A stretch of 63,877 nucleotides of DNA, filler included, from Reticulomyxa filosa (Eukaryota > Protista > Foraminifera), in assembly GCA_000512085.1 (NCBI GenBank). It is 23 parts of 23 records of this genome, joined end to end, with 100 filler letters (N's around TTAATTAATTAA, not from the genome) between each part and the next. Parts side by side here need not be neighbours in the genome. Positions count along the whole stretch, not along the records: positions 11,190 to 17,832 come from ASPP01013786.1; positions 17,933 to 20,750 come from ASPP01021763.1; positions 20,851 to 22,727 come from ASPP01012995.1; positions 22,828 to 24,309 come from ASPP01023751.1; positions 24,410 to 25,967 come from ASPP01018651.1; 18 more parts are not named here. One strand, 5' to 3'. The notes under the pieces were generated by a model. That model was not told the origin of the DNA. It made no database searches and worked only from the letters and a program-made list of their open reading frames with translations. The stretch's first letter is position 1, and each line of letters starts with the position of its first letter. Of the stretch, positions 12,814-24,583 are shown in pieces. The position numbers and the translations under genes were made by a program.

Positions 12814-14544
12814 AGGGTTTTTTTTTTTCCGTCACAAAACGACGTCCTCGCAATCTCAGATAATATAACGAAGAGAACACCCAACAAATCCATGCAAATA
12901 CATACATGCTTTTGTACACATGGTTGTCAAATAATTCACTCCATCTGATGGTGTGATTTGATTTATGGAAACAGAGGGAGGGGAGGGGAGGGGAGGTTAT
13001 TTTCAAGTTGTGTGTATGGGTGTGTTTCTCAAATAAAATGAAAAAAAAAAAATTTGTGATTTTGTTGTTGTTGTTGTTGTTGTTAAAAAACGGTTGCGTG
13101 TTTGTTCATTCTCAACGGATAGCCATTTCGATTGATACATAGTTTGCACTGCTTGGAAGAGACGTTTTGGCCTTTGAAAGAAGTAAGAATGACCAGCAGA
13201 AGAAGCGTTTCCCATTGATGCATCCAAAAAATGCGGTCTATTGATCGTCGTTCGATTCGAAACATATTGAGGCAACACAAAGCACCGCAAATCCAATACG
13301 TGAGACCATAAATCACAAGTTCCGCTGGATTCGGTCGCGTCGGGGTTTCCAAATCTGGGGAATGGCTCAAGTTGGGTAACACGAACAGATTCGATACTAA
13401 ACCGCTCCATTGCGCTCCAAAATAGCCACGATAAAATAAGTAACATGTATGAAGTGCCAATAACCCTTTTTAATTACATGTGTGGAATATTGTACTTATA
13501 TATATATATATATATATACACAATAAAATATAAATATAAATATGTATATATGTAATGTAACACGTTATGTTGTTATATAAAACAACACACACACGTATAC
13601 GCGCGCACACAAAACAAAAAAGACGTGAAAACATACCAACTGTAATGATCATTACACTGTTGCCCAAGAAGATCCAGAACAACGCAAAAGTTAGAAAGCG
13701 ACCCCACATTTCGCAATTGCGGAACATGAACTTGACCCTTCCTCCTTCTTCATTTCGACCGTAGATGTCATCTACCAGCTCGTCATCGAATGAATCCATT
13801 AAGTTGACCACATTACATATTCCGATCAATGTTGCCACCAGCGGCAACACCACATACACACTACTCTTGTGCATATATGGCGCATACGTCAATAAATACG
13901 TCACCGACAAAAATAATTGTGGGATACTTTGGTAATGCAATTCCAAGCTAAGTAACCAGCTTAAGCTCTACTTTGATTTAACATGCATACATATTTATTT
14001 ATATATGGTATAATTTTTTTTTTTTTTTTTTGTTATCTGTTTGCTTTAAAAAGTAGTATACGTAGGACCAGTTATCACAGCTTCCCCCCTTTTTTTTTTT
14101 TTTTTTTTTAAACATACACAAACAGAAATGAACTGCACAAGTTTTAAGATCGTTGGAATGTGCGATATATATTTCAAAAACATAATTTAAACCCAATAAT
14201 TGCAACAAAGGCTGAAAAGTGTAAAAATACTTGCTGTGTATGAGCTCAATGCAAGAGACGATCCGGTACAATCCAAACACAATTACGGATAACAACAACA
14301 GCAATTCAAACGAAATATGATTTGACCCGGCTGAACCCCAAAATGACGGCTTTGACGTGTTATCGTAGTAATAACCATTCTTGTGTGCTGCCCATAAGAC
14401 TAGTATAAAACCAAGGATCAATGACTCATGAGCAAATGAAAGTATGCAATTTATATATCGAAGACTGAAGAAGCGCTCACAATAGCTCCTATGACTTTTA
14501 CTCTTTTTTTTTTTTTTTTTTTTTTTATGTTTGGCAATTGCCAT
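12814..14544 (-). CDS. Multi-pass membrane protein, XK-related (Xkr)-like
   Basis: Several hydrophobic helices over four exons. LELHYQSIPQLFL resembles the XK-family E...ESxPQLxLQ motif. Intron 12945-13116 joins NGYP to WSELFDN...YVFAWICWVFSSLYY in phase. Confidence 0.6.
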
Positions 14545-15313
14545 AACTCCATCAAAAAGATTTCATACACATGGATATATGCTGTTTTAGTAATACAAGC
14601 TCCACTTTGTCACATTCACCTTACCTGACGCTGTGCTTCAATAGACGACAGGATAAGAATAATAACATAAAATCCAAAATATCCACACGTTACATACAAT
14701 GGCACAAGTTCGTCCATTTCTGTGTCAGCCGCTCGTCCAACAGTCAACCTTTTTCAAATATATATAATATAACCGTCTTTCTATCCGCTATGTCTGACGT
14801 AATAAGATGAGAATATCACGGGTCAACTGTTTTTTAAGTACAACAACAAAAAACTCATGTCCAATATGGACACTCTTAAATTTTCCATATACACGCTTTC
14901 TCTCTTCACAAAAATTAATTCTTATATTTAATTTTTACAAAGGCGAGTATTTGTCATTCATAGATTATTACAGCATATTTAAAAGTAAACAAAAAAAAAA
15001 GGATCAACAACGCATTTTCAGCAAATCTTCAGCACAGTTCTGTACAGGAAAGGGCTGTACATTGATTTCACTATGAATATTGTATTGTTACACTTATGTA
15101 GACGTTTGTTTACATCAGCATGTGAATAAACACAGCAATGCCAATAATATAACCTTGTAATCGATCAGATTCGTAACTTGGATTTCCGTTTGTTTGATAA
15201 CTAAAGGGGGGGGATTGGAGGAGAAAAGCGCTTTAATTTTCGATAGAAATTCCAAGAGAAGTGAATTGTACAATCTAAAAATTGTTTCAAGTTTTCGTTT
15301 GTTTATATGATAG

Positions 15314-16029
15314 TCTGAATCATGAGTTGCGACGCTGAAGCATATTCGAAGTTCGCTTACTGTTTACACAGTCAAGCGTTTTGCAGCAGTTGTATGCCAT
15401 GTTTTCTTGCAAGTACGTCGCATTTTGCATTGATAAACGAAACCTTTGCTCGGAGTTGTGATGATCAAGCATATCAAGACTGTAAGATTCATTGCAAAAA
15501 CCCATCTTCCTTCACGAACTGTAGTCCATGTAAGTGTATTGGAATATTGTCTGGAAAAAATTGGAAAACAAACCCTTTCAGCTTTTGATTTTTGGAAAAA
15601 AAAAAAAAAAAAAAAAAATGTGAAAAAAATGGTGAATCCAATATCCAAAGGTAAAGTAACACAACATGAGATAACACTGGAATGTAAAAACGGTCGAATA
15701 TTGTTGCAATGGGCATACATGTCAGTAAACAACTCCCGAACTTGTTCTTTGAACCTTATCAATGCAATGTTACCTTATTGCAACGGCCTTAGTCAATGCA
15801 AGTATGACATCAGTCATGACACCACGACACTACAGTCCGCATGCGGCAATAATACGGACATAACTGTTGAAGTGGGAGCCTTTTGTTTCGTGATCAAACA
15901 TATGCGCAAGCTCTTCTCTTCCTCCTTCCCTTCTGTCTTCTCTCTACATGCAAAAGTGCTCTGCACTATGCAATATTACAAAAATAAACACAAATGAAAT
16001 GACCATTACATATATATGTACATATGTAC

Positions 16030-16060
<31 letters not shown>

Positions 16061-16609
16061 TGTATATATTTTATAAAAAAATAAAAAGGCAATGACATGG
16101 CACTGAGCTCACATCCGACAGACATATGTGTGAACAGTGAAGACTTGTGGATGATACCCACAGTGGTAGGGTCCACCGTACTTGCCTTTTGTATTCTCAT
16201 GGCGTTGATCGGATATCTAACGTATAACCGCTGGTGGTACCGCGTATGGAGACGCCTGCGTAGCCAATCGATCACGATAGGCCCGTTCAAGGGACCCAAT
16301 CGAACAGAGCTTCCGCCAATGTCGTCGCCCAAAACCATCCAATTGGTGCGAGTGCCCAGTCACGTGTTGAACGCACCAATCGCGACCGAGTCGGCCAACG
16401 ACGTTCCAATCGGCGAGACGTACAGCGTGTTGCAGACCGACACAAAGCGTGAGTTTGTCATGGAACCTGGAGGCTATCGTCCGATTCAAGTACCTATGGA
16501 ATTGCATATGGCCAATAGTACCTCTTCGCCACCTATTGCGATATCAAGCAAGTCAAAGCCGGATCATCTTAGTAGCTATTATGGCAGTAACAACAACAAT
16601 AATAAAAGC

Positions 16610-16662
<53 letters not shown>

Positions 16663-17700
16663 CAACAATGAGATGGAGGAAAAATATCCATCATCAACGA
16701 CAACCAATGAAATCAAAAAAATAGACGCTAGCAAGGTAAGCAACAATGTTACAAAAACTGTACGTAGCACTGGCATGGCGGAAATCAAGTACGATGAAAT
16801 AAAAATGGATCTTCAACTTGCGCCGATTCAAAATATTGGCACTGTGTTCAAGGCACGTTGGAACGGCATGGACGTCGCTTGTAAGAAATATGCACAAGAA
16901 AACGTCGACCCCAATCGCGCCATGCAATTTGTGAAGGAAATGAATATCTTCAACCAACGCTTCAAACATCCGCATTTGGTTCAGTACTACGGCTACTGCT
17001 CCAACCCCTTTGCTCTTGTGATGGAGTATATCGAAGGCATTTCCGCTCGCGACTATCTCCAACACGACAAGCCCGAGTCCACGCAACTATCCATGTCGAC
17101 CGTGTCTTAATCGCCAAACAAGCTGCCGAAGGTATTCGCTATTTGCACCACAATGGCCTATTGCACGGAAACATTGCCGCGCGAAACTTGCTCATCAAAG
17201 ACAGATCCACCGAGCCAAAAAAAGAATTGAAAGTTATTGTCACTGACTATGGTGCTAATCGAACGTTGTACGAAGTCGTTTATTCGACTGTTTACAATAG
17301 TGGCAAAGTTTTGATTTACAAAAATTTAAATTGTCATATTTTTATATGTAAACATATACATATAAATATATATGTATTTATATACATATAGCCATTGAAA
17401 TGGATGGCACCAGAAGCGCTGTCAGACAGTAAGTTTACAAGCAAGTCAGATGTATATTCATTCGGTATAACACTATGGGAATTGCTGACTGGAAGAGAGC
17501 CTTATGAAGATGATGACCCAGTGCACACCGCATTGGACATATTGGTCAAAACAAAACGACCAAAATTGTTTGACACAATCCATCCCAAAATGCAAAAATT
17601 GTTGAAAAGATGTTGGAACACGAATCCCAGTAAAAGGCCAGAATTTTCTGAAATTATCCATGTTTTGTCCAAGTTTATTGATCGTTTACAAAAAGAATAA
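15314..17700 (+). CDS. Single-pass receptor tyrosine-kinase-like pseudokinase with a Cys-rich/SUEL-lectin-like ectodomain; frameshifted; 5' end uncertain
   Basis: Cys-rich exons (about 15320-15529 and 15651-15870), TM helix IPTVVGSTVLAFCILMALIGYLTY, poly-Asn linker. Kinase motifs DVACK, HPHLVQYYG, HGNIAARN, DYG, PLKWMAPE and SDVYSFG. Intron 17308-17391. Frame breaks at about 16105 and 17097. Confidence 0.85.
16586..16670 (+). repeat. (AAT)n/(AAC)n coding microsatellite (poly-Asn)
   Basis: Direct trinucleotide repeat. Similar tracts occur at about 5700-5760, 11000-11089 and 21595-21730. Confidence 0.9.
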
Positions 17701-17801
17701 CAGTTTTGTTTTTGTCTTTGTTTTTTGTTGATTGAACTCCAATCAATTTTCTCCTCCCCCTTTTATTATTCACATCTGTGTGCGTGTATGCAATTTTCTT
17801 T

Positions 17802-17832
<31 letters not shown>

Positions 17833-18060
17833 NNNNNNNNNNNNNNNNNNNNNNNNNNNNNNNNNNNNNNNNNNNNTTAATTAATTAANNNNNNNNNNNN
17901 NNNNNNNNNNNNNNNNNNNNNNNNNNNNNNNNAAAAAAAAAAACTAAGTTAAAAAAAAATCGCTTGTCTTTAAAAAAAACGGAGTTGTTTATTATAACAG
18001 TACTGGATTTGTGATTGTGAATTTCCAACTCATCGTGTTCACCAGACAAGACAAAAGCTA

Positions 18061-19998
18061 ATGTCATCAGTATATGTTCTTTTAGTTGGCTCCACCGGAG
18101 TGGGGAAGTCTGCACACGTTCGGTTATTGACAGGGAATACAAGTGTGGTAGTGAGTAACGGAGCACAGTCGTGCACGACGCAGATGTCTGTGTATGCCGG
18201 CAGTGACGGCTACAACTACATTGATACTGTCGGTGCAGAGGACAGCAGAAACCTGAGCGACGCGTACGTGTTAAACCAAGCGCAAAGAGATTTGTACAAG
18301 CGCAAGGTGAAACAAGTGAAGGTGATATGGATCTCCAATCCGAACGAACGAGAGTCATCCACGATTCAGAGGCAAGCCAAATACATTGGAGCCATCGATA
18401 AAGATATTTGGAAATCGGTTTTGGTTGTTATCAGAGAGCCTGGTTTCCAACTGGAAAGCAAAGGCCAAGGCATTCAAACGGCAATTAGAGAGTATTCCAA
18501 TACAAGCGACATCATTACAGTTCCTGTTATTGGCTACTTAAACATTGATTGGGTCAAAGACTCCCCAGAGTACATTTTGCACTTAGGTTAAACATTAAAA
18601 AAAAGTATCAAACCTTTGTAACAGTAAACGATTGTATGTGTATATACATACATGTATATATTTTATTTTTTTTGGAGCCAGTATTGATGACTCCAAAAAA
18701 TACGTATGACTGAAAACAGATACAGAAACAAGAACTAAGCTTGGTTATCTCAAATCGAATGAAGTTCGGAGTCTGGTGATGAAGAAATTGAACGAGTTGC
18801 AAACAACGGAGCTCCACTTTGAAGAGAAGAAATGCAAAAATTGCAGTTTGATAGGCGATCCTCGGTTTTCGGACGACGTCAGCTGCCACTTGCTTGCAAC
18901 GAAGGTGCACAAAAACGGAGTGGAGCCAAAGCAAGTGCATTTCGGCACGAAAAAGGCAATTCATGCATCGAACTACGATTTGGAATGGTATCATCCAGAC
19001 GACTCGTTAGTTCACCCAGGAAACAAAGAAAAATTTCACGACAAATCGACTCGCACTGAAACGCAGCACAGCAAAGAAATGTATCTTGAACATGAGACGA
19101 CACAGACGAGACAAACAGTGGTTGATGTCAAACGACGACATCGAGGAACAAAGCTTGTATCCTGTTGTCCCACGAACTATTACACTTGTATCCGGCCAAG
19201 TTAAACATTTGATCTGATAATCTTAGAATTTGTTGAACATATGTCTGCACGTGCAAAAAAAAAAAATAATTACATACCTCCCCACAGAACACGGTTTTGG
19301 ATCCTTATCTTTTCTTTTTCCTTGTGGCGCCTGTAAGCAACATTTTACGCGTAATGATGCTGCGCATAGATGTGGCAATTGTAGAAAAATTATTTCATAC
19401 AACGTGTGGAAGTAACTCAGGTGTGAACATGTGCACCTATTGCAATCAACGAATCGATTCGGAGGGATGCGACTTTGAGATGGTGCATGTTGACGTCCAT
19501 ATTTGCTGTGGCAAATCTAAAGGATCCATTGGATGTTTAAGAAAATGCTCTTCTTGCAGACAAACCTTGGATAAACGTGGATGCACGAGCCAGACGTGGC
19601 ATGTATGTTGCGAAGGAGATGAAAAAAGCGAGGGCTGCTGCTACAGATGGAATTGTTGTCAAACCAATATTACTTCAACTACGAAAGGCTGCAAACTTAA
19701 ATGTTGCAGCGGAGAGCCAGGCTCAAAGGGATGCAAACAACGGTATTCGTGCTGCAAGCAACCTCTTGGCTCTGAAAAGGCATGCAAGGAAGAATGGACG
19801 TGCTGCAGCCAAATAGATCCGACTCCTGGCTGTAAGTTGCAATGGCCATGTTGCCAAGCAATCGTGTCTTTGTACAGTCCAAATGACGAAAAAAGCGCTT
19901 GTCAACAAGTTTGTAAAATTTGTGGAGGCATATGGGGCAAATCTGATGGTTGCACCAATGCGGCCAAACACGAGTTCGAAGAAAAAATTGACTCATAA
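18061..19998 (+). CDS. TRAFAC-class P-loop GTPase (AIG1/MMR_HSR1-like) with a His-repeat and Cys-repeat putative zinc-binding tail
   Basis: G1 GSTGVGKS, G2 SCT and G3 DTVG. Introns 18587-18719 and 19200-19287 both begin GTTAAACATT and both join in phase. One extra base in the A-run at about 19385. C-terminal W/Y-x-CC-x5-14-G/A-C repeats. Confidence 0.85.
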
Positions 19999-20937
19999 TA
20001 TTACTCTTTTATTTTATTTTTTAGTAACTATATCTTTTTTTCCGTTTTGCATTTGTTCAAAAAAACGAAAATGAATAATACTTATGACAAGCAAAATCAG
20101 AAAATGATTGCACATGTTAGTCATTTTACTTTTGACAATATTTTTTTAAGAGTGTGGGAATTCCCTTGAAACATGGAAAAACATCTTTGTGTAAAACAAA
20201 GTTGAAATTTTTCAGTATCCACTTTATTTTGTGCTTTTGGCCAATTTTAAATACTACTGACTTTTGGGTTAAAGTGTGTTTAACTGCAGCGACAAGACGC
20301 GGAATGCAATACAATTTCTCTAAGCTGTGCAGATTTTTAATTGTGTTGCAATTATTCCAAGCAAACATGTCATATCATTAAAAAGATAAAATAAAAAAAT
20401 AAGAGAATAAACTCAAGCACAGTCAAATTTTTTTTCCCCCCTCTCCCTTTTCTATCAAAAAAAAAAGCCAGAACCAAAATGAACCACATTACCTTTTTAA
20501 ATGTGAAAAGCCCCAGTAGAAGATTAGGTGTGTATGTTTGGTTTAATCAAAAAAGAAAAATTTGTGAAAAGAAAACCCTCATTAATTCGCAGAGCCTACC
20601 AAAAAAAGATGAATCGAAATACACTTAAATTTAGAAATAAAATTAAAAATGATTTGTGAAAGAAAAGCAAAAAAAAAACAAAACAAAGCCCGATCATCAA
20701 CAATGCCAAGTCATATACTTTCCTCCCGCTTCCCGCCTTCACACACACACNNNNNNNNNNNNNNNNNNNNNNNNNNNNNNNNNNNNNNNNNNNNTTAATT
20801 AATTAANNNNNNNNNNNNNNNNNNNNNNNNNNNNNNNNNNNNNNNNNNNNAAAAAAAAAAAAAGACCTAAAACTTGAATTTAAAAAATTTTTTTGTTTGT
20901 TTGGCGTTCCCCCTTTCCCCTTCGTCCACGGAAATAG

Positions 20938-21669
20938 CTGTACAATAAATTACTTTCCAATGATAATGATGATGATGACGATGATAACGATGATGAAGAC
21001 GATGAAGATGACGATGATGGCGACACAACAAAGAACAGATTGGCAAAGTCAGAGGACAAGGTAAGTTGTGTGTGTTGGACTATGTGTTGCGTGTTGTTCC
21101 GAGAACAAATTACGTACAAATAAATGGGATTGGGGGGGGGGGGAAAAAAACAGTCGGATACGCCACCATTGCCAGGGAATTTGGACACAAGTCCATTGAG
21201 TGAAAAGAAGATCAAAAAAACAAAAGACGACAAGAAAAGCGAAAGTGGTAAAACGAGTGAGCGAAAAGAAAAGACGGGGAAAAACTTGGAACGAACATTG
21301 CCCGTGGCGGAGCCAGTAAAGCGACCATTGACAGTGTCCCCCAGTGACTCTGGGCCAAAGATAGCAAAACGAATTGATTTTGACTTGGAAGACAAAGCGA
21401 AGCGATCGGCCGTGTCACAAAGTGCAAACGCATTACCAAACTCAATGAAGCTGCTTCGTCCGCACGGCGAAGGCGCGCGATCTTTTGCACGCGATGCCAC
21501 AGGTCCCATTATGACCCACTTGCAAGCAATTAGCAAAGAAGACGAGCATCGACCGCAACTGGCTCACAAGCCAAAAACTACTGACGACAATCATGATAAT
21601 GACAATGATGACAATGATGACAATGATGACAATGATGACGATGACGATAACAATAATAATGTTAATAAC

Positions 21670-21701
<32 letters not shown>

Positions 21702-22707
21702 TAACAATAACAATGACAATGATAACACTTACAACTTTGTGGTTGATGAAAAGAAGTCGTCTCGAAATGAAAATCGAACCAAAAATGTATCCAATCGCTG
21801 GAATGCCAATGACAACGGCCATCTACGTCCACCGTCGAGCAATTACGTGATGTCTTTGCTGCCGCGCAACAGTGACAGTGCGACGACTGGCAACGCACAC
21901 AAAACAATGGTCACTTCGGTGCCTGCGCAGCAGTCGTCGTTGCGCAGTTCTTGGCACGACATCTCATCACTTCAACCTACAAGCACTGTCAGTCGCACGT
22001 CCAAGCCAGCCATTATCTATCCGCAGTTGCAACACAAAGAAAAGCAATCACTGCAAAAGCAAAAGCAAAAGCAACATCATGAAGAACAAAAGATCCAGAA
22101 GAAGAAGAAGAAGAAGAAGAACAAGTAGGGACGAAAGAACCAAATGAGGAGCAACAAGGGCAATTTAACGAAGAAAAAAGAGGAAATGAAGAAGAGGAAG
22201 AAGAGGAAGAAGAGGAAGATGAAGAAAGGGAAAACAAAGCAGTAACACGACAGAAAAAAAAGGAACAAAAAAAAAACAAAAGCAAAAACCAAAAAAGCAA
22301 CATGTGCAATACGATGACAATAACAATACAAAAGCAAGTGGCTTTTATGCAAGGCTGTCGCACAGATTTACCCAACTCTTTTTTGTACGTGTTTTTTTTT
22401 GTTTGTTTGTTTGTTTTTTTTGCTTATTGTTTTGTTGGACTGGAAACGGATTCCACATCCGTGAATAAGTGTCATTTTGTTTTTGTATTGTTTTTGAATG
22501 AGTTGTGGAATTGCAGTGCCTGAAATGGAAAAAATTGACGGTGACACTGTTGCTTGCCCTTGCAATCGTCGTGGCGATATTTGCAGTGTTTTCTCGATCT
22601 TACTTCGCCGACACGAGATACTGCGACAATGGCACGTTCCAATTTATTGACGGCACACCCGTTCCTTCTTGTATTACTTGTCCGTATCACGGAAAATGTG
22701 TCGGGGG
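20938..22707 (+). CDS. MAN1/Src1/Heh1-like inner nuclear membrane protein (partial)
   Basis: Long low-complexity D/N/E/K-rich region, then TM helix LTVTLLLALAIVVAIFAVF, then YCDNG...SCITCPYHGKCVGG, which matches the CxPCPxHxxCxxG start of the MSC domain. Frame slips in A-runs at about 22090 and 22270. Confidence 0.6.
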
Positions 22708-22827
22708 TAAGTCTTTTTTTTTTTTTTNNNNNNNNNNNNNNNNNNNNNNNNNNNNNNNNNNNNNNNNNNNNTTAATTAATTAANNNNNNNNNNNNNNNNN
22801 NNNNNNNNNNNNNNNNNNNNNNNNNNN

Positions 22828-23527
22828 TATCTTCATTATATTCAATTGATAATCCTTTCTTCATGCAAAACAACAGCATTTGATAATTTTTTATATTTTT
22901 TTCTTCATTTTTGTTTATCATTTCTTGTTCTTTTCTATTTTCTGAATTTGATATAAAGCAATGATAAACAATAATACCAGTTGGTAAAGTGCTATGCTTA
23001 ATAAATTGATATGTATTTAAATCAAACACACTAATATTATTAATTAAATAAGTGATAAATAATAAATTATTGTTGCTTCCACCAATCACTGCACGCGCTC
23101 CAATATATTTATCTTGATTTCTTCCAATGATAATTGGATGATTGTTATTGTTTATGAAAGGAATCCATTGATTATAATTATTAAATTCATTTGATTTGTT
23201 TAATATATTATTCCAAACACTTATATATTTCATCACCAATGTATGTTTATTTTTTCCATTATGAGCAGATCCAAAAGACAATAAAGTAATTTGGTTGATG
23301 TCTTTATTGTTGTTATCTACCAGTTTCACCACACAGTGTCCATGTAATTTAACATGACTTGGATAATCACAGATAAACTTGTATTCGTTTTTGATCGTAT
23401 GATAAGAATAACAAGATCTTTTGTTCCAACCTCCACAAATGAGGAGTTCGTGTTTGTATAGCACACATTGAGAGTGAGAAAGTGGAGTAGGCAACTCCTT
23501 CAAAGTTTGAAAGGTTTGATTTTTCAT
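22828..23527 (-). CDS. Kelch-like beta-propeller protein of a lineage-expanded family (3' truncated)
   Basis: FQTLKELPTPLSHSQCVLYKHELLICGG...CYSYH, HCVV and AVIGGSNNNLLFI. A decayed paralog lies at about 52500-52670. Confidence 0.75.
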
Positions 23528-24583
23528 GTTGTTGATGATAATGAACTATGAAGTAGTTAGATTTTTTTAAAAGGGGGAAGGACATGAAAAAGTCTTCATT
23601 TTAAGGTATTTGATAATCTAGTAAAAAAAAATTAAAATCAATACTCATAAACAAAGCTAATAATTACACTGACGAACGTTGTTAGTTTTCGATGATAAAA
23701 TGTGAAAACTTTTTTTAGAGTCGACAAATCAATGTTTTATCATTGTTGCATACGCATACAATTGCTGATGAGAATATAGAGTAGAAGACTTTATAACAGT
23801 ATCCTTTTTTAAAATGAGGAAAACTGTTGAGTTTAGTACAAAACAAGAGACGTGCACACAATAATAATATATCAATCAAGACATTTGCTACTTTATATTT
23901 CTTCCACATTCGACATCAGTCAACAGTCAAGACATTGGCCATTTGATTTGTTTGTATATGAATAGATTTTAGTTGTTAATTTTCCGATAATACTTTAAAA
24001 CTTCATCTCAGGGTAAAAATTATAAATTCATTGTTGCCACATAATAAAAATTTGACTTTGTAAATTATTGTCAAATGAAATAACATGAGAAAATCTTTTT
24101 TTGATATTTTTCCTGGAATGATATCCTTTTTTTAACAAAAAGGTTGAATGATACACCATAACATAATGATTGGGTTATTCTTTTCTAAATGACAAAAAGA
24201 ATACACAATACAATTTCAAAATAACACATTTTCTAATTTGTGTACAACTTTTCTCATCCCTTCTTTTCCCTTTTTAACAATTTTTAGCATTTTCAATCTT
24301 AATCTCTTGNNNNNNNNNNNNNNNNNNNNNNNNNNNNNNNNNNNNNNNNNNNNTTAATTAATTAANNNNNNNNNNNNNNNNNNNNNNNNNNNNNNNNNNN
24401 NNNNNNNNNTCAACCAACTTCACTTACTCTTTTGCTTTGTTTTCTTCTTTGGTTGCGTTATTCGTCTTTCTTTTATTTAATTTACTTTTGTTTTATCGAA
24501 CATTGGTTTCTCGAGCAAAACCATTTTCGTATTACATTTAGTACACTTCTTCCAGCTGACGTCCCACATATGTGTATATAAAC

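Noticed and set aside
18707-18709. In-frame TGA upstream of GTPase exon 2 as selenocysteine or readthrough
   Set aside because: An in-phase intron 18587-18719 removes it, and its donor is identical to that of the second intron. No SECIS was recognised. It would matter only if the weaker GAG acceptor at 18677 is used.
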